Positions 10,185 to 18,976 of a stretch of 64,000 nt of DNA are shown here, piece by piece. The notes below the pieces were generated by a model. That model made no database searches. It saw only the letters and a list, made by a program, of their open reading frames with translations, and was not told where the DNA came from. Source of the DNA: Tolypothrix carrinoi HA7290-LM1 (GTDB lineage: Bacteria > Cyanobacteriota > Cyanobacteriia > Cyanobacteriales > Nostocaceae); assembly GCA_019358935.1 (NCBI GenBank), contig JAHHIK010000011.1:40469-104468 (forward strand), read 5' to 3'. The translations under genes and the position numbers were made by a program. Within the stretch, counting starts at the first letter, position 1; every line of letters starts with the position of its first letter.

Positions 10185-10598
10185 ATGGGAATAAAATTTA
10201 CCGGCGGTTGTCTGTGCGGATCTGTCCGCTATGAATGTTCAGCCGAACCGCTTGCAATGGGCAATTGTCACTGTCGCGATTGTCAACGAGTGACAGGAAG
10301 TGCTTATGCTTCCGGACTTATGGTGCCGCAGAATACAGTTACCATCACCGGAGATGTGAAATACTATGATGTAATTGGCGATAGTGGCAGCATTGTTGGT
10401 CGGGGCTTTTGCCCAAACTGCGGTTCCCGATTATTTAGCAAACCCCCAAACCCTGAGCTTATGAACATTATGGCAGGGAGTCTCGATGACCCAAGCTGGT
10501 TTAGACCTGTAATGGATGTTTATACAGCCAGTGCCCAGCCGTGGGATTACATGAACCCGGATCTGCACAAATTTGCCAAGATGCCACCGATGCTTTAA
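10185..10598 (+). CDS. GFA / CENP-V family Zn-binding protein
   Basis: GGCLCG.VRY, CHCRDCQR, FCPNCGS motifs. Confidence 0.92.
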   Translation: MGIKFTGGCLCGSVRYECSAEPLAMGNCHCRDCQRVTGSAYASGLMVPQNTVTITGDVKYYDVIGDSGSIVGRGFCPNCGSRLFSKPPNPELMNIMAGSLDDPSWFRPVMDVYTASAQPWDYMNPDLHKFAKMPPML

Positions 10599-10657
10599 AG
10601 TCCCGCGTCATGATGCCTGCCAGACCAACCACGCTTCGTCCGCATCAAGAGTGGCAG

Positions 10658-10899
10658 CCCACTAAAATTGGTCGCTGCAACTTCACAACTATGATTCTCC
10701 GCGCTTTTTCGATCCCTTCTCCTCCAGAATAGATCAAAAATTCCCTTGGACAAATTCCACAGGCAACTCCAGACAATTTTCTTTACTTACAAACGGCAGT
10801 AAAATTAACTCCCAAGCATCACGATACTTAGCTGAACGTGGTTTACGCTGCCGCTTGTCTGTTTCAACAAAGTGTATTTCGCTACCATAGCTTATGAAC
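10658..10899. repeat. Direct repeat copy 2 (~242 bp)
   Basis: Matches 8640-8880; carries the intact endonuclease 3' end and a dead-end copy of the DUF697 start. Confidence 0.92.
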
Positions 10900-11216
10900 A
10901 CATCTACCGGGAAGATATAGAACAGATCAAGTTTCTCTATATATACCAAGGCAAAATCAAAGTCGGATTTTTTGTACGCTTCTCTAACCATTAGTCGCCG
11001 ATTTGTCTTGGTGCGGCGATTATCTACGACATAATTACCTGAAGGCTGATCAAACCAGGCATATTTAACTTGGATTTTAATCAGAGTTCCTTCGACATCA
11101 AACGCCAAATCGTAAGGAAGGCGATCGCCAACGGGCTTTAAAACTCCCCAACCACGCTTTAAGGCATGAAGAATTGCAGCTTGTTCTGCTATGTCTCCTC
11201 TTAGCTTTGTGTCCAT
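10734..11216 (-). CDS. PD-(D/E)XK homing endonuclease, I-Ssp6803I-like, free-standing
   Basis: TKLRGDIAEQAA, KPVGDRLPYDL, IKIQVK, NYVVDNRRTKTNRR, DFDF, FPVDVFISYGSEIH.VETDKRQRKPRS closely match I-Ssp6803I as I recall it. Confidence 0.9.
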   Translation of the reverse strand: MDTKLRGDIAEQAAILHALKRGWGVLKPVGDRLPYDLAFDVEGTLIKIQVKYAWFDQPSGNYVVDNRRTKTNRRLMVREAYKKSDFDFALVYIEKLDLFYIFPVDVFISYGSEIHFVETDKRQRKPRSAKYRDAWELILLPFVSKENCLELPVEFVQGNF

Positions 11217-11248
11217 TTGTTACTTGGATATAGCTGCTAATCAGCATA

Positions 11249-11293
11249 AAACAAAACCCTGCAACTTTTGAGTGTTACAGGGTTTTGTTTTTT
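11249..11293 (-). terminator. Intrinsic terminator after tRNA-fMet
   Basis: Inverted repeat AAACAAAACCCTG...CAGGGTTTTGTTTT between the tRNA 3' end and the endonuclease gene. Confidence 0.7.
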
Positions 11294-11297
11294 AAGT

Positions 11298-11618
11298 TGG
11301 TGGCGGGAAGTGGATTTGAACCACTGACCTTCGGGTTATGCTTACCATCTACAGTTTTCACTGCCTGGATTAACCAGTTTGTGGTCTGGACTGTCCCTTT
11401 ACCCTCAGCTTTCCTGTTAGGGTACCTGCCTTCCAGTCTCTACACCTTCTCCATTTCTGGAGCTTGGTTCGGGATTACCGCGCTAGTGGCTTCCCCGAGT
11501 TTGACAGGTAATCATACGTAAGTTTCTTTACGTACCGCCCATAGTAAGACTAACTTTTAAGCGTTTAGTCAATCTTACTCGTTGAGCCCGACGAGCTACC
11601 AGGCTGCTCTATCCCGCG
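11298..11618 (-). tRNA. trnfM: Initiator tRNA-fMet(CAT), split by a group I intron (exon 1 11585-11618, exon 2 11298-11340)
   Basis: Spliced: CGCGGGATAGAGCAGCCTGGTAGCTCGTCGGGCT^CATAACCCGAAGGTCAGTGGTTCAAATCCACTTCCCGCCACCA; unpaired C1, three G-C pairs in the anticodon stem, encoded CCA. Confidence 0.95.
11341..11584 (-). ncRNA. Group I self-splicing intron (244 nt, no internal ORF)
   Basis: Inserted after U33, ends in G. Core P/Q/R/S-like elements AAACTCGGGGAA, AATCCCGAACC, GTAGAGACTGGAA, AAGGGACAGTCC. IGS TATGGGC can pair with GCT^CA (U-G wobble) and with 3' exon CATA. Confidence 0.92.
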
Positions 11619-11659
11619 TCGTCTTTATTTACTATAACCCAAGCTTTTAAATTTGGCAA

Positions 11660-12613
11660 CTACAAAAGTGATAATTCTCCAACAACTTCTAAACGCTTGT
11701 ATTTCCCGAAGTTCATAAACTTTTCTGACAAACTTTGAGCGACGCTGGGGCTAATCCAGCCCATCTGCTGAAGCACATGAATAGCAACAGCGTATTTTGC
11801 TCGCTTTGCTCCATCTATGACTTTAATTGCCAATCCCATGCCTTCACCAAGTCGAGAAATGCACTGCACTCCTTCGGCACCGGATTTACTTACCAGTTCT
11901 CCTGGAGCCAAACGCATCAGTTCTGTATCAAATTCTCCGTCTCCCGCTACCAAATTGGGATGATGAGTCATGGCACGGACAATGCGCTCCATATCCAAAT
12001 TGTTACCCGACGCTAGCAGAGCATATAAAGACGCTATTTGAGCAAGTTGCATGAAATAGGTGGGTACACCACAATCATCACGAGCGCTGATAAATTCTTC
12101 TGCCGGCATTCGTAGCAATTCTGCTACTTTGCTGACAATCAATTGCTGGATGGGGTGTTTGCGTTCCAAGTAGTTATTTAAAGGAAAATGGCGCTGCTGA
12201 CACACGGCTAACATCCCCGCATGTTTACCAGAGCAGTTGTATTCCAAACGACTTTTTTTACCTTCGGGAATCGGACATTGAAGTGCGCTGGGATCGAGAT
12301 CGGCACGCCAAAGAATATTAAATGCTTGTCGTACCTGCTCGATTGTACCTTTGTGAGAAGATACGATAATTGCTAAGTCGCGATCGCTCAAATCATAACG
12401 TTCCAGTGTACCTGTGCTGGTAACAGCCAGTGCCTGAAATGGTTTGAGGGCTGAACGGACAAAAGTTGCTGTTTCGGCGTTTCCCGCAACGGATAGCACC
12501 CGTCCCCGTTCATCGCAGACAACAGCTTGGACTATGTGCCTCGATTCAATAATCCCTTCCCGCAGCAACCTTACTTCAAGTGCTGCCGCTTGAGTTCGTT
12601 TTCCCCTGGTCAT
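11660..12613 (-). CDS. L-asparaginase II family protein
   Basis: RSALKPFQA, SSHKG, NCSGKHAGM, DDCG.P, KSGAEG. Confidence 0.9.
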   Translation of the reverse strand: MTRGKRTQAAALEVRLLREGIIESRHIVQAVVCDERGRVLSVAGNAETATFVRSALKPFQALAVTSTGTLERYDLSDRDLAIIVSSHKGTIEQVRQAFNILWRADLDPSALQCPIPEGKKSRLEYNCSGKHAGMLAVCQQRHFPLNNYLERKHPIQQLIVSKVAELLRMPAEEFISARDDCGVPTYFMQLAQIASLYALLASGNNLDMERIVRAMTHHPNLVAGDGEFDTELMRLAPGELVSKSGAEGVQCISRLGEGMGLAIKVIDGAKRAKYAVAIHVLQQMGWISPSVAQSLSEKFMNFGKYKRLEVVGELSLL

Positions 12614-12700
12614 GGGTGAGAATATATCATTTTTTGGAGTTGTGAGTTATGAGTTATGAGTTATGAGTTATTCCTTGATTAACTAATCACTCCTAACTAT

Positions 12701-13201
12701 TTAAAGTAAATGCCAAATTATCGTACCAGCAACTAGCAATCCCGCCAAGCAAAGACTCGTTATTTGTAAGCGACGGATAATTGGTTTGATTTCATAGCTG
12801 ACGATTAAGCGATCGCGCATTAGGACTTCTTGGGGTTTTGCCCAAGTTTGTCCGTCGTACCAACCTGATTCTTCATAAAATATTACCGGACTGAACAGGC
12901 GATCGCGTATATAAGACCAGCCCAAATACAGCCTTATCAGTCCCAGAACTACCCCTACACTCGCTCCACCAGCTCCACACAGCAGAAACTGGGCAATATA
13001 CTTATTTGGGGTAAAACTTGCTGCCGCAACTGGTGCTGCCACCACCCAAGATAAACCCCAAATCCAAACCATTTTTGTGATATACTCGCGCCAACTTAAG
13101 GTGCAATCACGAAATAGCCAAGAAATTTTTAATTCTTCATACTCATTCAGCGGTTGCTGTTCAGCGGGAACTGGGCAATTTGAAACCGAGGAATTTATCA
13201 T
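12701..13201 (-). CDS. ycf36: Ycf36/CGLD27 (DUF1230) membrane protein
   Basis: [25 protein letters not shown]. Confidence 0.85.
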   Translation of the reverse strand: MINSSVSNCPVPAEQQPLNEYEELKISWLFRDCTLSWREYITKMVWIWGLSWVVAAPVAAASFTPNKYIAQFLLCGAGGASVGVVLGLIRLYLGWSYIRDRLFSPVIFYEESGWYDGQTWAKPQEVLMRDRLIVSYEIKPIIRRLQITSLCLAGLLVAGTIIWHLL

Positions 13202-13653
13202 GTTGGTTTACCCCCACCCTCAGAAGGTTTTGGATACTCTATGCGTTCCGCATGACCCCAAAACGCTTCTAAATTATAAAACTCGCGTTCTTTAGGCATC
13301 ATCACATGAACGATTATGTCGCCGTAGTCTTGCAAAACCCAATTTCCCTCGGCTTTTCCTGCTGTCCGCAAGGGATTTCGTTGTAACTCTGTAAAGACTT
13401 TTTCTTCTATTGCGTCGGCGATCGCTCTTACTTGTACTCTTGAATAACCAGTCATCATCACAAAGTAATCCGCCAAGTAAGATACTTCTGCTACATGAAG
13501 CAATACAATATCACCTGCTTTGCGATCTGATGCTGCTTCGACGATAGTTTCCGCTAACTTTCTACTCATCTGGTCGCTGTCAGTTGATGAGCTTGGAAAT
13601 GCTTTCTCGCTTAAAAATACAGATTGTAATGGAATTCCTTGGAAATCAGACAT
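13198..13653 (-). CDS. rsfS: Ribosome silencing factor
   Basis: [40 protein letters not shown]. Confidence 0.95.
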   Translation of the reverse strand: MSDFQGIPLQSVFLSEKAFPSSSTDSDQMSRKLAETIVEAASDRKAGDIVLLHVAEVSYLADYFVMMTGYSRVQVRAIADAIEEKVFTELQRNPLRTAGKAEGNWVLQDYGDIIVHVMMPKEREFYNLEAFWGHAERIEYPKPSEGGGKPT

Positions 13654-13816
13654 TAAACCTCAGGTGCTTTCTGTTTTTTGGCAACTACTTTTTACAATTC
13701 TTAATTAATAAAATTTAAGAGAATTGTAAAAGTGCGAACTGGTTTTTTTGAATACTAACAAAAAATCGATTGTCGTTGAAGTTGCATTGATAATTGGTGT
13801 GATGTTACCATCGACC

Positions 13817-14416
13817 TCAGCTGACAAAGGGACGGATTGTGGTTTGCTTGCGTGATTTTTGCAAGAACCAATTCCGGGTTAAGATTGTGCGCTGATGAAT
13901 CAAGCAAGAACTTTCGATTAAGAATTTTAAAGAATAATCGCTAGTTTTCCAGACAGCTCTGTCTATATTTTCTCGGCTAATAGCTCGTAGATTTTCTAAT
14001 TCTGGGGTATCGCCGCGTCCTGGTTCCAGAGTATCTGCTACAAACACGATACAACTTAGGAGACTCATACCTGGTCTACCTAAAGTGTGATTGGCGATCG
14101 CTTGTAATACTTCTTCATCTTCTACGCCAAATGTATCTCTAGCGATAATAGCACTTACGTCTGCATGTAACAGATGGGGGGCGGCTTCCATCACATAATC
14201 AACTTCCAAACCTTCTTTACGTGCGATTGACAAGAGTTTTTGTGGCGGAAAGTATTTTGCCAAATCGTGCATCAACCCTGATGTAGCAGCTTTTGTTACA
14301 TCTTCAAGTTGATAATGAACAGCTAGCTCAATTGCCATCTGCTCTACTCTGAGAATATGGTTGACTCTAGAAGGAGGCACATTTTCTGCTAACCAGGCGA
14401 GGACTTGTTCGCGCAT
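13817..14416 (-). CDS. yqeK: HD-domain Ap4A hydrolase YqeK
   Basis: R.NHILRV, LMHDLAK, LLHA, AIANHT.G, VADTLEPGR; adjacent to rsfS. Confidence 0.88.
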   Translation of the reverse strand: MREQVLAWLAENVPPSRVNHILRVEQMAIELAVHYQLEDVTKAATSGLMHDLAKYFPPQKLLSIARKEGLEVDYVMEAAPHLLHADVSAIIARDTFGVEDEEVLQAIANHTLGRPGMSLLSCIVFVADTLEPGRGDTPELENLRAISRENIDRAVWKTSDYSLKFLIESSCLIHQRTILTRNWFLQKSRKQTTIRPFVS

Positions 14417-14647
14417 AATGGCTATAACGAATTGAAGCTTTTGGCAAAAAACCGCTTTCGAGGTGAATGATAAATTTATATTTTATTTTAACCGAGTTCT
14501 CACTTTGAATTGGGTTAACTGAGCGATCGCCTAACTTTTTGCCATATATACCTATATTTTACACATTTAAACAGCCAGAAGCAGGAGCTAGTTTAAAACT
14601 ATCTCCTGCTAATCTGACGTGCGATTTTAATCTAATGGTACTATAGA

Positions 14648-15919
14648 TTACACTTCCTGTTTTGACACTACCGTAGACTCAATAATTGGAGTCTGTGCCT
14701 TGACTGAGTAACACAACAACTCATAATTATTTAAGGCTTGGTCAAACGAATATTGCTCAATCGCAAATTGGCGACTGTTATAACCGAGAGTTTTAACTTT
14801 TTCTGGATTTTGGTACAAGTCTAAAACTGCCGCTGCTAAAGCTTGCGAGTCTTCTGGAGTCACCACAAGACCCCCGCCACTTTGTTTAATCGCTCTTGCT
14901 GCTGTACCATTATCGGGTACAGATGCGACTAACGCCCGACCGCTGGCAAGTAGCACTTGAATTTTTGATGGCATATTGAAGGATATAACATTTTTCTTTT
15001 GCACCACCAAACCGACATCAGCAGCTGCTAACATTTCTGGCAGCTTTTCGCGGGGTTGAAAAGGTAATAGTAAAACGTTATCTGCACCGATATTTTGACA
15101 TTCTTGTTGCAATCGCTGCAAACCTTTTGCCTCACCGACAATCACAAAAGCAATATCGGGAACATCGCGCAACGCAGCAGCAGCTTTCACAACAGTTTCT
15201 AAGCCTTGGGTGAGGGCAATATTTCCAGAATACAAAACGACAAATTTGCCATCTAGGTTGTGTGCGGCACGAAAAGCGTTATTTTCTTTCGGCAAAGGGC
15301 GGATAAAATTAACATCAACCCAGTTAGGAATTTGCACAATTTTGTTAGCAGGTACACCTTTAGAACGCAAATTATCTACAAAACCATCGGCGATGACGCT
15401 TATTTTTGTTGCAGTGCGGTAAGCAAATTTTTCTAAAGTGGCAAAAACCTGGATGAGAAATTTATTTTTGAGTAAACCGACGTGAACAGCGGCTTCGGGT
15501 AATATATCTTGAAGATTTAACACTACCGGGCAATCATGCAGCCATCCTAAAAGGGTAGTTGGGATGCAAACCGGTAAAGATGGTGACGTGGAGAGAATTA
15601 CATCTGGACGCCAGCCAAAAAGCGCGGGCAAAAAACTGGAGACAACGAAGCTAGCATCTAGCAACACTCGATCTAGCAAGTTGGGTTGAGGACGAATCCA
15701 AACATAACTGCGTTGGATTTGAACGCCATTTTTATATTCATTTACATATAACTTGCCCCGATAGCCTTCGTATATTTGACGTTCAGGGTAGTTAGGCATA
15801 GCAGTAACTACGCGTACTTCATGCCCGCGTTTGACTAGTCCCTCTGCTAATTCAGTCATTAGAGGGGCGATACCAATTGGTTCTGGATAGTAGTTGTAGG
15901 AGTAAATTAAAATTCGCAT
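14648..15919 (-). CDS. GT4 glycosyltransferase (WcaI-like)
   Basis: NYYPEPIGIA, PNYP, IPNWVD, YSGNI...QGL, MPSKI. Confidence 0.9.
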   Translation of the reverse strand: MRILIYSYNYYPEPIGIAPLMTELAEGLVKRGHEVRVVTAMPNYPERQIYEGYRGKLYVNEYKNGVQIQRSYVWIRPQPNLLDRVLLDASFVVSSFLPALFGWRPDVILSTSPSLPVCIPTTLLGWLHDCPVVLNLQDILPEAAVHVGLLKNKFLIQVFATLEKFAYRTATKISVIADGFVDNLRSKGVPANKIVQIPNWVDVNFIRPLPKENNAFRAAHNLDGKFVVLYSGNIALTQGLETVVKAAAALRDVPDIAFVIVGEAKGLQRLQQECQNIGADNVLLLPFQPREKLPEMLAAADVGLVVQKKNVISFNMPSKIQVLLASGRALVASVPDNGTAARAIKQSGGGLVVTPEDSQALAAAVLDLYQNPEKVKTLGYNSRQFAIEQYSFDQALNNYELLCYSVKAQTPIIESTVVSKQEV

Positions 15920-16171
15920 AAAAAATTATTCAGAATGACCCCAGTTTTTTGTTTAATGAATGACAACACTTGCTAGCAAAATCGTTTCGCACAAGCGTAG
16001 CGCCTATGTTTTAATTTTGGCTTTAAAATCTCTTCATGTCAGTGATTATTCGTTGAAGATTGAGTAAAATTTGATAGCATGTGCTGAGTTAGTACATGAT
16101 ATTTTTTTTACTATTTGATTAATTTTTGGAGTATATGTTTTTATTATTCATTTACGTAAAAACCGTTTGAA

Positions 16172-16350
16172 GAAAGGCAGAGGGCAGGAGGCAGCTATGC
16201 TGAAGGAGCAATCGGATGGGGATTCAAACCCCAACCGATTGAATCCACCGTGTAGACGGTGGGGTTTTATACCCAGTTGGCTCCAGCCAGAAGGCTGAAT
16301 CAAAGACATAATTTATACCTTCTGCCCTCTGCCCTCTGCCTTCTGCCTTC
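16172..16350. repeat. GGCAGAG/CTGCCCT heptamer-bounded inverted repeat element
   Basis: GAAGGCAGAGGGCAGGAGGCAG at left, CTGCCCTCTGCCCTCTGCCTTCTGCCTTC at right, internal hairpins. Confidence 0.6.
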
Positions 16351-16858
16351 CGCCGAAGGCGGATAATTATTAGTAGAATAGGACACGAGACACGGCAGAT
16401 TTTGCTAACAATAGCGGTATTGCCACGGTTTTTAATCAATTTCTGACTTAAAAATTGAGATAGTAGAACTTAAAAAATATTGCTAAGTTGTGTGCCAGCA
16501 GCTTTGCCTGGAGGCATTTTTAAAGAGAAAATACATTGGCAACATACAAACCATCGCTTTGCGGGTTCTGTTGCTTAATCGCTAGGGGTTTTTTCAAAAA
16601 GACTATTGGGAGTATGAAGGCGATGTCTATCGACAAGCCTTTCCCTTGTCTACGCACTCGTATGGTTACAAAAATTTATGTAAATCTACTCAAATAACTT
16701 TTAAAATCTTTATTTTGGCAGATGTTTTGCGTAAGGCGGGTAAAAACGAGAATCCCGGTTTCTTTAAGAAACCGGGATTCTGAACGTCATGCTGAATAGT
16801 TAAAAGACAAGAATAGGACACTTGCGTGCTTTGGTAAAACTGTCCTTCTTTCTTGCAT

Positions 16859-16953
16859 AGGAATGAGCGCAAAAATAATAGCCAAAGCTTATTATACAGT
16901 AGCGGGAATTCATGAATTACCGCTACTTACGACGTTACTATTGCGTAAGTTCT
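16859..16953. mobile_element. MITE-like element, inverted sister of 8884-8973
   Basis: Ends AGGAATGAGCGCA / TGCGTAAGTTCT; internal GTAGCGGGAATTCATGAATTACCGCTAC. Confidence 0.65.
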
Positions 16954-16976
16954 GTTGTACTAATTTGGGTAATTGG

Positions 16977-17972
16977 CTAAACAGCACCACTATTTCTATT
17001 AAACAGGATGGCTACCGTTTTGAAAATCAGTTTTAAATCGTACAGTAAGCTCCAGTTTTTTTGATACTGCAAATCTAAGCGAATTACATCCTCAAAACTA
17101 CGTACAGCAGAGCGCCCATTTACTTGCCATTCTCCTGTCATACCGGGTTTAACATCCAAACGTTGCCACTCCGGTACTTCATAGCGTTCCACCTCATCGG
17201 GTGTGGGTGGTCTGGTGCCAACTAAACTCATTTCTCCTTTAAGGACGTTCCAAAATTGGGGGAGTTCATCCAAACTGGTTCGCCGCAAAAAGCGCCCAAC
17301 CCGTGTAATTCTTGGGTCGTTGTCATTCTTAAAGAAAGCACCTTCGACTTGATTTTTGACTTGAGCTTTCTTCGCTTCTGCATCGACACACATCGAGCGG
17401 AATTTCCAAATCTGAAAACGTTTACCCATCCAACCACAGCGGGTTTGCTTAAAGAAAATCGGACCGGGATCGTTGATTTGAATGGCAGTGGCTATGGGAA
17501 TAAATAAAACTGCCGTAATTACCAAACCTACCAATGACCCGATAACATCTATAACCCGTTTCATCCAAGAGCGCACGCTTGGATGAGTAGTCGGTAACTG
17601 CTCACCCAACTTTTGGGGTTCTCTTGGGGGTGTGTCTCCAAGAGACTCAATCGAAAAAACCTGATCCAGTCCTGTGAGGTTAAGCACTGCCATTACCTGA
17701 GGGGTAACATTTTGCAGTGTAAGAGCGATTCCTTTTTCCTGAGCGGTTTTCAAATTACTGACGAGGGCACCTAAACCACTACTGTCCATAAAAGTAGTTT
17801 GGTGGAAGTCAATAATTATTTGCTTGGGATGGGAATTTACCTCGATTAACTCTTGGCAGGTTTGCTTAAAGGTTACAGCCTCAAGCACGCTCAACCGTGC
17901 GGGTATCTGCACTATAGCCGTGTCGTTTAGGGAAGTAACCGGAAAATCCACCTCTTTGGGTTGGCTAGTCAT
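16977..17972 (-). CDS. STAS domain + bacterial sugar transferase (priming glycosyltransferase)
   Basis: FMDSSGLGAL STAS motif; KFRSM, DPRITRVGRFLRRTSLDELPQ, GEMSLVGTRP, KPGMTG.WQV. Confidence 0.92.
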   Translation of the reverse strand: MTSQPKEVDFPVTSLNDTAIVQIPARLSVLEAVTFKQTCQELIEVNSHPKQIIIDFHQTTFMDSSGLGALVSNLKTAQEKGIALTLQNVTPQVMAVLNLTGLDQVFSIESLGDTPPREPQKLGEQLPTTHPSVRSWMKRVIDVIGSLVGLVITAVLFIPIATAIQINDPGPIFFKQTRCGWMGKRFQIWKFRSMCVDAEAKKAQVKNQVEGAFFKNDNDPRITRVGRFLRRTSLDELPQFWNVLKGEMSLVGTRPPTPDEVERYEVPEWQRLDVKPGMTGEWQVNGRSAVRSFEDVIRLDLQYQKNWSLLYDLKLIFKTVAILFNRNSGAV

Positions 17973-18193
17973 GAAGCTCTGCACTTTCGTTGCCTTATAA
18001 ATGTAATCTGCCAAACAGTGTTTTGTCTTAGCGAATAACCGAACTATCGTGCTTAACCAATAGGAATCAAAGTTAATTGCTAGTAGCTTAGTGTGAAATT
18101 GAATATCGTCTGCGACGATTCACAATATAACAAAAAGCTAAAAAACATCCTTGTTGTTGTGTCGGCGCGACGAGTAGGCGTTGCTATCATCGA

Positions 18194-18597
18194 ATGACTG
18201 CTAATACTGTTACACCAACCGCACGCCCAGTCGAGGTCTTTTGTGCCATTCAAGAAGAAGGACTAAATGTGGGAACACGTCAAATTTTTATTCGGTTTGC
18301 TCTTTGTGATTGGCATTGTCACTTTTGTGATAGCGCTCACACTTGGAATGCACCCTCGATTTGTCGGATAGAGCGATCGCCTGGATTACGTGATGAGTGA
18401 AATTCACAAAGAATCCTGTCCCACTACCCATTTTAATAGAATGGGTTGAGCTGCAAAATCTACCTTGTCTACACGATAACATTAGCAAGACTTGGGGCGA
18501 ACCACTTCTTCATGCCTTATTTTCAGATAATTTTTACCTCAAATCCGCTCCACCACTGGTTTACCTATATACCTGGAGACCGGCGGACATCGCATGA
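18194..18597 (+). pseudogene. queE: Frameshifted, truncated queE (7-carboxy-7-deazaguanine synthase)
   Basis: EVF.AIQ.EG...G.RQIFIRF..CDWHCHFCDS radical-SAM motif; similarity continues in another frame (LHDNIS..GEPLLH); C-terminal half absent. Confidence 0.8.
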
Positions 18598-18666
18598 CAA
18601 ACAATCATAGCGATGATTTTGCCCTACTTAGATTCTGTAGGTTTGATGGGAGCGTTGTTGGTGGTT

Positions 18667-18860
18667 GGGCAATGGGCATTGGGCATTGGGCATTGGGCAT
18701 TGGGCATTGGGCATTGGGCATTGGGCATTGGGCAATGGGCAATGGGCATTGGGCATTGGTAATTGTCTCCCTTGTCCCCCTTGTCCCCCTTGTCCCCCTT
18801 GTCCCCCTTGTCCCCATGCCCGATGCCCGCTTGCCTGCTTGCCCCATGCCCCATGCCCCA
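18667..18860. repeat. STRR cluster (GGGCATT)n + (CCCCTTGTC)n
   Basis: Direct reading of tandem units. Confidence 0.95.
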
Positions 18861-18976
18861 CTAACCCCAAACAGTTTTGTAAAGCTATCATCAAGCAAAA
18901 AATAAATTTGATGAATTTTTGGCGTCAAAATCAGTACATACTTTTACGGTTAATCTGTTCTTAATACCAAAGTCAG

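Noticed and set aside
11285..11521. 78-aa ORF over the tRNA and intron
   Set aside because: Antisense to the tRNA exon and intron core; not an intron-encoded protein.
18594..18964. Several overlapping ORFs ([20 protein letters not shown])
   Set aside because: Translations of STRR heptamer/nonamer repeats; the same applies to 20507-20889 and 30197-30521.
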